Part shown: positions 26,010 through 33,020 of the stretch, piece after piece
Layout: the number at the start of each line of letters is the position of its first letter
How positions within the stretch are numbered: position 1 is the stretch's first letter
Source: Deltaproteobacteria bacterium
Lineage (GTDB): Bacteria > Desulfobacterota > Binatia > DP-6
Assembly (NCBI GenBank): GCA_005879205.1
Contig: VBLD01000086.1
Span: forward strand, 1 to 33,020
Length of the DNA: 33,020 nt
Direction of reading: 5' to 3'
The notes under the pieces: generated by a model
Seen by the model: only the letters and a program-made list of their open reading frames with translations
What the model was told of the DNA's origin: nothing
Databases searched by the model: none
Program-made: the position numbers and the translations under genes

Positions 26010-27038
26010 TCACCTGCAGGCGACGATGTTCGCCCGCGAGCTGAAGCGGCAGCGCGGCGCACGGAACGCCGCCTCGCCGCACTGTCCGGCCGTGGGGTTG
26101 AGGACGACCTCGGCGTCGAGCAACGGGTCGGTGCTGCCGACGGCGTACGCGCCCCGCCTCCCCCTGAGAACGATGCCGACGAGCCCCCGCGCCCGCGAGG
26201 AGCGGTCCCGGATCTGCACCCTGACGATGCCGGCGGGCGGCGCCGCGCTGTGGTCGACGTGCGTCCAGCGGGTCGGCCGCGCTGGACGATCGACCTTCCA
26301 TCCCGCCTGCGTGCGCGGATCGAACCGACCGGGAGCGACGTCGGCCTCCACGACCGTCTCACCCGTACGCGTCCGCACGACGAAGCGCAGGCCGTTGGCG
26401 ACCGGGTCGAGCGGCGGGGTGATCGGCGCCGGCAGCGCGAACGCACCCCGGAAGGCGAGGCGATCGTCGCCCGGGGGGCTGCCGAGGCCGGCGATGCGCA
26501 GCACCGCGTCCGACATGGCGGTGACGATCCTCGGATGCGAGCAGAGGTGCGTCGCCCGATCACAGGTGTCGGCCGTGCAGGCATCGCCGTCCGCACACGC
26601 CGCGTCGCTCGTGCAGTCGTCGACCTCGGTCTCGAAGGACGCGGTGCACGGCTGCTCGCCGTCTTCCCCCTCCCCGCCGCAGCCGCCGTCGCTGCTCACG
26701 GTGGCCGTGTTGGTGATCTTGCCGGTGGCCCTCGCCACGACCACGACGGTGACCGTCGCACGGCTGCTCGTGCCGAGCGCCCCGAGGCTACAGATGACCG
26801 GGGCCGCGCCGCTGCACGTCCCCTGGCTCGCGCTCGCGGACACGAACGTCGTCCCGGCCGGCGGCATGTCGGTGAGGACGACCCCGGTATCCGCGCTGAC
26901 GGCCTGCACGGTGATCGTGTAGGTCACCGGCTGCCCGACCCGCACCGGATCGGGATGACCGCCGCTCTCGGAGTTGTTGATCACGACGCAGCCCGGGAGG
27001 GCCAGAGCGAGCGCGCAGACCAGCGGTCGACCGTACAT
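26010..27038 (-). CDS. Putative lipoprotein with DUF11 Ig-like domain, Cys-rich (CTxDxC) module and C-terminal beta domain
   Basis: Lipobox LALPG-C; PDPVRVGQPVTYTITV...VVLTD-x2-PAG...SQGTC...CSLGAL...NTATVSS (DUF11); CADGDACTADTCD. Confidence 0.8.
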   Translation of the reverse strand: MYGRPLVCALALALPGCVVINNSESGGHPDPVRVGQPVTYTITVQAVSADTGVVLTDMPPAGTTFVSASASQGTCSGAAPVICSLGALGTSSRATVTVVVVARATGKITNTATVSSDGGCGGEGEDGEQPCTASFETEVDDCTSDAACADGDACTADTCDRATHLCSHPRIVTAMSDAVLRIAGLGSPPGDDRLAFRGAFALPAPITPPLDPVANGLRFVVRTRTGETVVEADVAPGRFDPRTQAGWKVDRPARPTRWTHVDHSAAPPAGIVRVQIRDRSSRARGLVGIVLRGRRGAYAVGSTDPLLDAEVVLNPTAGQCGEAAFRAPRCRFSSRANIVACR

Positions 27039-27059
27039 GTCCCGTCCCTCGGCTCGCCC

Positions 27060-28193
27060 TCAGCGGTAGAACGCGGCCACCGCCTCCACTACCGCCTCGA
27101 CGGCGCGGCCGTCGAGCTGCGGATAGATGGGCAACGCCAGCACCTCGGCGGCGGCTCGCTCGGCCTCGGGGAAGTCCCCGCGCCGGAAGCCGAGCGTGGC
27201 GAGCGGCGGCTGGAGGTGGAGCGGCATCCGGTAGTAGACCTGCGCGCCGATCCCGCCCGCCGCCAGGTGCGCCTGGAGGGCGTCGCGATCGCGCGCCCGG
27301 ACGACGTACTGGTGGAAGACGTGCGCTTCCCCCGCCGGCTCGGGGAGGACGAGCGGCGCGTCGGCGCGGCCGGCGAGCCCGGTCTCCGCGAAGAGCCTCG
27401 CGTAGCGTTCGGCGACCGCGCGCCGGCGACCGTTCCACGCGTCGAGGTGCGGGAGCTTGGCGCCGAGCGCGGCCGCCTGCACCGCGTCCAGCCGGGAACA
27501 GAGGCCGAGCGACGCATGGACGTACGGCGTCGCCGAATGTCCCTGGTGCCGCTCCTGGCGCACGCGGGCGGCCAGCGCCGCGTCGCCGGTCAGCACCATG
27601 CCCCCGTCGCCGAGCGCTCCCAGGTTCTTGGTCGGGTAGAAGGAGAGGCAGGCGGCGCGGCCGAACGCCCCCGCCTTGACGCCGTCGGCCCGCGCCCCGA
27701 TCGCCTGCGCGGCGTCCTCGACCAACCAGAGCGCGCGCCGCTCGGCGAGCGCCCCGAGCGGGCGCATCGGCGCGAGTCGCCCGAAGAGATGGACGGGCAG
27801 GAGCCCGACGACGCGCTCCCGCGTCGTCGCGAGCACCGCCTCGGCCGCGGCCGGATCGAGGTTGAACGTCACCGGATCGACGTCGGCGAAGAGCGGCGTG
27901 GCGCCGAGCCGGACGATCGTGCTCGCGGTGGCCCAGAAGCTGAACGGCGTGGTGAGCACCGCGACGCCCGGCCCGACCCCGAGGGCGCCGAGCACGAGGA
28001 GAAGGGCGTCGGTGCCGGAGCCGACGCCGATCGCGTGCGGCACGCCGCAGTACGCCGCCATCGCGGCCTCGAAGCGCTCCACGTGCGGTCCGAGCACGAA
28101 GGCCTGGGTCGCGAGCACCTCCGCGATCGCGGCGCGGACCTCCTCGCCGACGTCACGATCCTGTGCCGCGAGATCGAGAAAGGGGATGGTCAT
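27060..28193 (-). CDS. DegT/DnrJ/EryC1/StrS family PLP-dependent aminotransferase
   Basis: MTIPFLDL, SGTDAL, PVHLFG, EDAAQAIGA, SFYPTKNLGALGDGG (PLP Lys), SRLDAVQAA, LPIYP. ATG 28193 overlaps the upstream TGA. Confidence 0.95.
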   Translation of the reverse strand: MTIPFLDLAAQDRDVGEEVRAAIAEVLATQAFVLGPHVERFEAAMAAYCGVPHAIGVGSGTDALLLVLGALGVGPGVAVLTTPFSFWATASTIVRLGATPLFADVDPVTFNLDPAAAEAVLATTRERVVGLLPVHLFGRLAPMRPLGALAERRALWLVEDAAQAIGARADGVKAGAFGRAACLSFYPTKNLGALGDGGMVLTGDAALAARVRQERHQGHSATPYVHASLGLCSRLDAVQAAALGAKLPHLDAWNGRRRAVAERYARLFAETGLAGRADAPLVLPEPAGEAHVFHQYVVRARDRDALQAHLAAGGIGAQVYYRMPLHLQPPLATLGFRRGDFPEAERAAAEVLALPIYPQLDGRAVEAVVEAVAAFYR

Positions 28194-29059
28194 GGCCCCG
28201 CCGTGAACGCCGCCGCGGCGTAGCCGATCACGTGCTCGTGCTCGTCGGTCACGTCGAGCGACGTGGTGTGCGCCAGCACCTCGCCGCGGCTGCCGCGAGG
28301 CAGCGCCCGGAGCAGCACCTCGATCGGATGCCGCCCGCAGATGGTCGCACCCGTCGACTCGACGTAGCGCGCGAACCCGTCGGCGTCGCCCGCGACGATG
28401 CGTTCGAGCGCGCCCGCGTCGAGCTCGGTGACGGCGGCGGCGACCGCGGCGCGGTCCGTGGGCGGCACGGGAAGGTAGTCGAAGCGCCGGCCGTAGTGCA
28501 CCAGGTCCGAGCTCACGACGACGAGCGTGTCGGGCGCGAGCCACGACCGCAGCGCGGCGGCGAGCGTCTCGCCGTCGCCGGCTTCGAGCCGCCCGACGAG
28601 CACCGGGACGAGCGCCGCTTCCGGCGCCAGCGCCTGGAGCCACGGAAGCTGGATCTCGAGGGCGTGCTCGCGGAGGAAGACGGCGGGGTTGGCCCGGATG
28701 AGCGGGCAGCGCGTGAGCGCGGCGAGCCCCTCCTGATCGATCCGGACGAGTCCGAGCGGCGTCCGGTAGGCCGTCATCGGCAGGACGGCAGCGCCGCGGA
28801 GCGCGGCGAAGTGACTCGGGCCGAGGACGAGCGCCCGCCGCCAGCCCGTGCCGGCGGCGGCGAACCCGCGCGCCGCCGTCGCGCCCGAGTACTCGTAGGT
28901 GGCGTGCGGGACGAGGATCGCGACGGTGCCGGGACGCGGCGCGCCCGCGGCGAGCATGTCGCGCAGCGCCGCCGCCAGTGCGTCCGGCGCGGCGGGGTAC
29001 CAGCGGCCCGCGAGATGCGGCTCCTTGATGCGCGGCACGGGTCCGGCGGGCTCGCTCAC
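28190..29059 (-). CDS. amrB: AmmeMemoRadiSam system protein B (MEMO1 family)
   Basis: P-x2-AGRWYP, PHATY-x-YSG, LGPSH, TPLG, EHALEIQLPWLQ, SSDLVHYG, TICG, VIGYAA. Confidence 0.9.
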   Translation of the reverse strand: MSEPAGPVPRIKEPHLAGRWYPAAPDALAAALRDMLAAGAPRPGTVAILVPHATYEYSGATAARGFAAAGTGWRRALVLGPSHFAALRGAAVLPMTAYRTPLGLVRIDQEGLAALTRCPLIRANPAVFLREHALEIQLPWLQALAPEAALVPVLVGRLEAGDGETLAAALRSWLAPDTLVVVSSDLVHYGRRFDYLPVPPTDRAAVAAAVTELDAGALERIVAGDADGFARYVESTGATICGRHPIEVLLRALPRGSRGEVLAHTTSLDVTDEHEHVIGYAAAAFTAGP

Positions 29060-29322
29060 GGCTGGTCGCCGAACCCGAGCCAGAGGCGGTGCACGTCCGG
29101 CTCACGGAAGCAGCGCAGGCAGCTCACCACGTCGAAGGGCTCCACCACGCGCCGGTAGGTGATGGGCGCCTCGTCGTCCCGGCGTCGCACGGCCGCTTCT
29201 TCCGTGCGGCCCGTGCGCAGGAGGTAGTAGCCGACGACATAGCCGCTTCGCGTGTGTTGCGTGCCGTCGACCGCTGCTCCGCAGCGCGCGCAGCGGAGGG
29301 CCGGCGGGACGCTCGCTTCCAT
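29056..29322 (-). CDS. Small putative zinc-binding protein (two CxxC)
   Basis: CARC near the N-terminus and CLRC near the C-terminus; 88 aa; stop overlaps the amrB GTG (GTGA). Confidence 0.7.
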   Translation of the reverse strand: MEASVPPALRCARCGAAVDGTQHTRSGYVVGYYLLRTGRTEEAAVRRRDDEAPITYRRVVEPFDVVSCLRCFREPDVHRLWLGFGDQP

Positions 29323-29421
29323 CCGACGCGAACGTGTACGGACAAAGACGCGTCCCCGTCAACCGTGACGCCTCCGGCTTTGATTCCGAGGGGCGCGGCG
29401 GGTAACGTGCGATCGAGCACG

Positions 29422-31743
29422 ATGGCAAGACCCCAGCGGGCAGGCATGCTCCGGCGCATCCTCGCCTGGAGCATGGTGGCGATGCTCCTGGCCGCGGGCG
29501 TGGCGGGCTTCGTCGTCTACCGGGAGGTCACGACCGACCTGCCGCCCGTCGACCAGCTTCTCCGCTACCAGCCGCCGGTCGCGACGCGCATCTTCGCCGA
29601 CGACGGCACGCTCGTGGGCGAGTTCTACGTCGAGCGTCGCTACCTCGTGCCGCTGGCGAGCATCCCGCCGCACGTGCGTATGGCGTTCCTGGCGGCGGAA
29701 GACGCCGACTTCTACCGGCATCACGGCGTGAATCCGCTCAGCATCCTGCGCGCGCTCATGGCGAACGTGCTCCACCACCAGGTGGTGCAGGGCGGCAGCA
29801 CGATCACCCAGCAGGTGGTGAAGGCGCTCCTCCTCTCGCCCGAGCGAAGCTACGAGCGCAAGGTGAAGGAGCTGGTCCTGGCGTTCCGGCTCGAGGCGAA
29901 GCTCTCCAAGGACGACATCCTCTACCTGTACCTGAACCAGATATACTTCGGCGCCGGGGCCTACGGCGTCGCGGCGGCCGCGCGCGCGTTCTTCGACGTC
30001 GACGTCGGCGACCTGACGATCGCGCAGGCGGCGCTCCTGGCCGGGCTCCCGCAGGCTCCGAGCCGCTACGACCCGCAGCGCCACCCCCAGCAGGCGATCG
30101 CCCGCCAGCACTACGTCCTCGAACGCATGCGCACCGAGAGCTTCATCGACGCCGACCAGTACGCAGCGGCACGTACGGAGCGGCTCGTCTTCACGCCGCG
30201 CCGGCCCGGCACCTACCTCGCGGCGTCCTGGTACGTCGAGCACGTTCGCCGGCTTCTCGAGGAACGCTACGGGGGCACCGCGCCTTACCAGCTCGGGCTG
30301 CGGGTCTACACCGCCGTCGATCTCGGCATGCAGCGCGCGGCCGAAGAGGCCCTGCGCGCGGGCCTCACCGAGCTCGACCGGCGGCAGGGCTTCCGCGGAC
30401 CGATCCGCCATCTCGACCCGCGCAAGGCCGACGCGTTCATCGCGCGCCTCGCCGGCGGCGTCGCGCCGGAGGCCGGGCGCCCGGTGCGCGCGGTCGTCAC
30501 CGAGGTTCGCCCGAGCGGGCTCGGCGTGCACACGCCGTGGGACCGGGGCACGCTCTCCGCCGACGCGCTCGTGTGGGGGAAGACGCGCGTCGCCCCGGGG
30601 AGCTTGCGCGCCGGCGACGTCATCTCGGTGCGGCAGGCCGGGCGCGGCGGCGACAGCACGATGCGCTTCGCGCTCGACCAGGAGCCGCAGGTCGAAGGGG
30701 CGCTCGTCGCCTTCGACCCCTACACCGGCGAGGTGAAGGCGATGGTGGGCGGCTACGACTTCAACCGGAGCCAGTTCAACCGCGCGGTCCAGGCCCGCCG
30801 CCAGCCGGGCTCGGGCTTCAAGCCGCTCGTCTACGCCGCCGCGATCGAGCACGGCTACACCCCGGCCTCGATCGTCCTCGACGCCCCGATCGAGCTGCCG
30901 AACGGGAACCAGCCGCCGTGGATGCCGCGCAACTACGAGGGCAAGTACTTCGGTCCGACGCCGCTCCGCATGGCGCTCGCCCGCTCGCTGAACAGCGTGA
31001 CCGTGCGGCTCGTCGACGCCATGGGCATCGACTACGTGCGCAAGTCGCTCGCCCGCTTCGGGCTCGAGGGCCCCCTGCCCCGCAACCTCTCGCTGGCGCT
31101 CGGCAGCGCGGAGGTGACCCCGCTCGAGCTGGTGCGCGCCTACGGCATCTTCGCCACGCTCGGCAAGCGCTTCGACCCGATCTTCATCACGCGCGTCACC
31201 GACAGCGACGGCAACCCGCTCGAGTTCGGGCACACGCGCCCGCGCTTCGAGCCGGTGATGAGCCCGGCCACCGCCTACATCGTCACCAACATGATGGAAT
31301 CGGTCGTGAAGCACGGGACGGGCCGCAAGGCCGCGGAGCTCGGGCGACCGGTCGCCGGCAAGACCGGGACCACCAACGACACGCACGACGCCTGGTTCAT
31401 CGGCTTCACGCCCGATCTTCTGGCGGGCGTCTGGGTCGGCTTCGACTCCGAGCGCTCGCTCGGCGCCCACGAGACCGGCGGTCACGCGGCGGCGCCGATC
31501 TGGACGGAGTTCATGAAGCAGGCCCTCGGCGACCGCCCGGTCGTCGACTTCCCGGTGCCGGACGGCGTGACGTTCGCCCAGATCGACCCCGCGTCGGGCC
31601 TGCGCGCCGTGCCGGGCGGCGAGTCCGAGCTGGAGGTGTTCGTCAGCGGCAGCGAGCCGACGCGCTACGCGAGCGCGCCCGAACCGACGGCCCTGGAACC
31701 CGCGGCGGCACCCGCCGATGTTCCGGTCCCCGACACGGACTAG
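29422..31743 (+). CDS. mrcA: Penicillin-binding protein 1A (class A transglycosylase/transpeptidase)
   Basis: N-terminal TM; EDADFYRHHG, GGSTITQQ, RKVKE, YLNQIYFG; SGFK, SLN, KTGT. Start ATG 29422 (or 29446) after TTGATT-N17-TAACGT. Confidence 0.95.
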   Translation: MARPQRAGMLRRILAWSMVAMLLAAGVAGFVVYREVTTDLPPVDQLLRYQPPVATRIFADDGTLVGEFYVERRYLVPLASIPPHVRMAFLAAEDADFYRHHGVNPLSILRALMANVLHHQVVQGGSTITQQVVKALLLSPERSYERKVKELVLAFRLEAKLSKDDILYLYLNQIYFGAGAYGVAAAARAFFDVDVGDLTIAQAALLAGLPQAPSRYDPQRHPQQAIARQHYVLERMRTESFIDADQYAAARTERLVFTPRRPGTYLAASWYVEHVRRLLEERYGGTAPYQLGLRVYTAVDLGMQRAAEEALRAGLTELDRRQGFRGPIRHLDPRKADAFIARLAGGVAPEAGRPVRAVVTEVRPSGLGVHTPWDRGTLSADALVWGKTRVAPGSLRAGDVISVRQAGRGGDSTMRFALDQEPQVEGALVAFDPYTGEVKAMVGGYDFNRSQFNRAVQARRQPGSGFKPLVYAAAIEHGYTPASIVLDAPIELPNGNQPPWMPRNYEGKYFGPTPLRMALARSLNSVTVRLVDAMGIDYVRKSLARFGLEGPLPRNLSLALGSAEVTPLELVRAYGIFATLGKRFDPIFITRVTDSDGNPLEFGHTRPRFEPVMSPATAYIVTNMMESVVKHGTGRKAAELGRPVAGKTGTTNDTHDAWFIGFTPDLLAGVWVGFDSERSLGAHETGGHAAAPIWTEFMKQALGDRPVVDFPVPDGVTFAQIDPASGLRAVPGGESELEVFVSGSEPTRYASAPEPTALEPAAAPADVPVPDTD

Positions 31744-31758
31744 GGCGCGACCCGAGAT

Positions 31759-31821
31759 GTGCGGGGCGGCGGGAAGGGGCACCGCCGCGGCTCCCGGTCC
31801 TCGCTCCACGCGATCTCGGAC
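31759..31821. repeat. Second, shorter copy of the intergenic repeat family seen at 23274-23500 (inverted)
   Basis: CGGCTCCCGGTCCTCGC (31788-31804) is the exact reverse complement of 23463-23479, with similarity continuing to CTCGGAC. GTGCGGGGCGGCGGGAAGGGGC (31759-31780) matches the reverse complement of about 23298-23316 with a 3-nt indel. Confidence 0.7.
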
Positions 31822-31845
31822 CGCACCCCAAGCCGCGAGGTGCGC

Positions 31846-32871
31846 CTAGAGGCGCCAGTAGGCCCCTTGCGCGGCCCGCACCCGGGCGAGCACGGGCTCG
31901 ACGCGGCGTACCTCACCCGTGGCCGACGGCGGCGACTTGGTTGCCCCGCGCATCGCCGCGACGACGGCATCGACGCCCTCGGTGAGCGCGCCGAGGTCGT
32001 ACCCGCCCTCGAGCACCGCCGCGATCCGCCCGCCCGCCGTCTCGGCGGCGAGCTCGGTGCAGGCGAGCGCCATGGCGCCGAAGCCCGCGGGCGTCACCTC
32101 CATGCCGCCGAGCGGATCGCGATGATCGCAGTCGAAACCCGCCGACACCAGGACGAACTCGGGCGCGAACTGCCGGCAGACCGGCAGGACCACCTCGCGA
32201 AAAGCCTGCACGTACTCGGCGTCACCGAATCCGGCGGGGAACGGCAGGTTCAGCGTCCGCCCGGCGCCGCGGCCGCGCCCAACCTCGTCGACGGCGCCCG
32301 TGCCCGGATAGTACGGAAACTGATGCGTGGACACGTAGAGCACGTCGGGATCCGCCTCGAAGAGGTGCTGGGTGCCGTTGCCGTGATGCAGGTCCCAGTC
32401 GATGATCGCGATCCGTCCGATGCCCCTCGTGCGGAGGAACGCGGCGGCCACGGCGACGTTGTTGAAGAAGCAGAAGCCCATCGCGCGCTCCCGCTCGGCA
32501 TGATGGCCCGGCGGCCGCACGAGCGCGACCGCGTTCGTCACCTCGCCCGCGAGAATCGCCTCGCAGCAGACGAGAAGGCTTCCCGCCGCGAGCCGGGCAG
32601 CCTCGTAGGAGCCGGCGGACGCGACGGTGTCCGCGTCGAACACGGCGCGTGGCCGTCCGGCGGTGCTGGCGACGCGCTCGACGTGCGCCCCCGTGTGGAC
32701 CAGCGCCAGCTCGTCGGGCGTCGCCGGACGCGCGGGAAGCCGGACGAGCCCTCGCGTGTCGTCGACGTGATCGAGCAGGATCCGCAGACGGTCGGCGCGT
32801 TCGGGATGGCCGCGACCCGGATCGTGCGCCAGCATGCGGGGCTCGGACGCGACCGCCGTACCGCCTGCCAT
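31846..32871 (-). CDS. Histone deacetylase family protein (Zn-dependent amidohydrolase)
   Basis: HPE, RPPGHHA, GFCFFNN, DWDLHHGNGTQ, YPGTG, SAGFD, LEGGY. Confidence 0.96.
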   Translation of the reverse strand: MAGGTAVASEPRMLAHDPGRGHPERADRLRILLDHVDDTRGLVRLPARPATPDELALVHTGAHVERVASTAGRPRAVFDADTVASAGSYEAARLAAGSLLVCCEAILAGEVTNAVALVRPPGHHAERERAMGFCFFNNVAVAAAFLRTRGIGRIAIIDWDLHHGNGTQHLFEADPDVLYVSTHQFPYYPGTGAVDEVGRGRGAGRTLNLPFPAGFGDAEYVQAFREVVLPVCRQFAPEFVLVSAGFDCDHRDPLGGMEVTPAGFGAMALACTELAAETAGGRIAAVLEGGYDLGALTEGVDAVVAAMRGATKSPPSATGEVRRVEPVLARVRAAQGAYWRL

Positions 32872-32917
32872 CGGCGCGGACGATAGCAGAGCACTGCGCG
32901 AGCCGCGACGTGCTCAA

Positions 32918-32946
32918 TTGACACTCCGTACCCTTTTACCTACGCT
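32918..32946 (+). promoter_or_regulatory. sigma70 promoter, essentially leaderless, for the tat gene
   Basis: TTGACA (32918-32923), N17, TACGCT (32941-32946), N8, ATG 32955. Confidence 0.75.
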
Positions 32947-32954
32947 CGCCTCGC

Positions 32955-33020
32955 ATGTTCGGCATCGGAATGCCCGAGCTCCTCGTGATTCTCGTGGTCG
33001 CGCTCGTGGTTCTCGGCCCC
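32955..33020 (+). CDS. Twin-arginine translocase TatA/TatB family subunit, 3'-truncated
   Basis: MFGIGMPELLVILVVALVVLGP runs off the window edge. This is the classic TatA/B N-terminus; TatA and TatB cannot be distinguished from 22 aa. Confidence 0.9.
   Translation, partial: MFGIGMPELLVILVVALVVLGP

Noticed and set aside
23113-26922. 1269-aa plus-strand ORF
   Set aside because: Antisense shadow of ptsP and the DUF11 gene. Long stop-free antisense frames are expected at this GC content, and it has no recognisable motifs.
28194-29105. Apparent 681-aa fusion upstream of the DegT aminotransferase
   Set aside because: The extension overlaps amrB in another frame; DegT begins at MTIPFLDL (28193).
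29359-31809. 816-aa minus-strand ORF, and similar shadows such as 1287..2873, 6998..8485, 15038..16564 and 26250..28223
   Set aside because: They mirror well-supported genes on the opposite strand and have Arg/Gly/Ala-rich, low-information translations.

Overview
Very GC-rich bacterial chromosomal window with about 32 genes. It has no rRNA, tRNA, CRISPR array, transposase or phage genes. The gene content and Cys-rich secreted proteins resemble Candidatus Binatia/Binatota-type genomes; this is an inference, not something the sequence proves. Left to right: a 5'-truncated VOC protein, a HAD hydrolase, and a signalling cassette (small HD-GYP-N-terminal-like protein, HDOD protein, GAF/sigma54-type activator whose GAFTGA loop reads GVATGV). 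Two outward-pointing sigma54 promoters flank the cassette, each exactly 16 nt before the ATG of a small protein; one of these proteins (52 aa) is missing from the ORF track. Next come a D-Ala-D-Ala carboxypeptidase frameshifted by a 13-bp tandem duplication, two hypotheticals, a ThDP enzyme whose catalytic Glu reads Lys, a THUMP protein and an enoyl-CoA hydratase. These are followed by two Cys-rich secreted proteins (one frameshifted), a tandem pair of small XRE-HTH genes, a GNAT, an SBP56/methanethiol-oxidase-like protein, an SDR, an MFS transporter, an S53 peptidase and a B12-radical SAM enzyme. The right part holds an orphan CAP12/Pycsar-type TIR gene behind a third sigma54 promoter, a palindromic intergenic repeat, ptsP, a DUF11 lipoprotein, a coupled Zn-finger/MEMO/DegT operon, PBP1A, a histone deacetylase and the start of tatA/B. 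Many genes appear to be leaderless, with a sigma70 -10 box 6-8 nt before the start codon.
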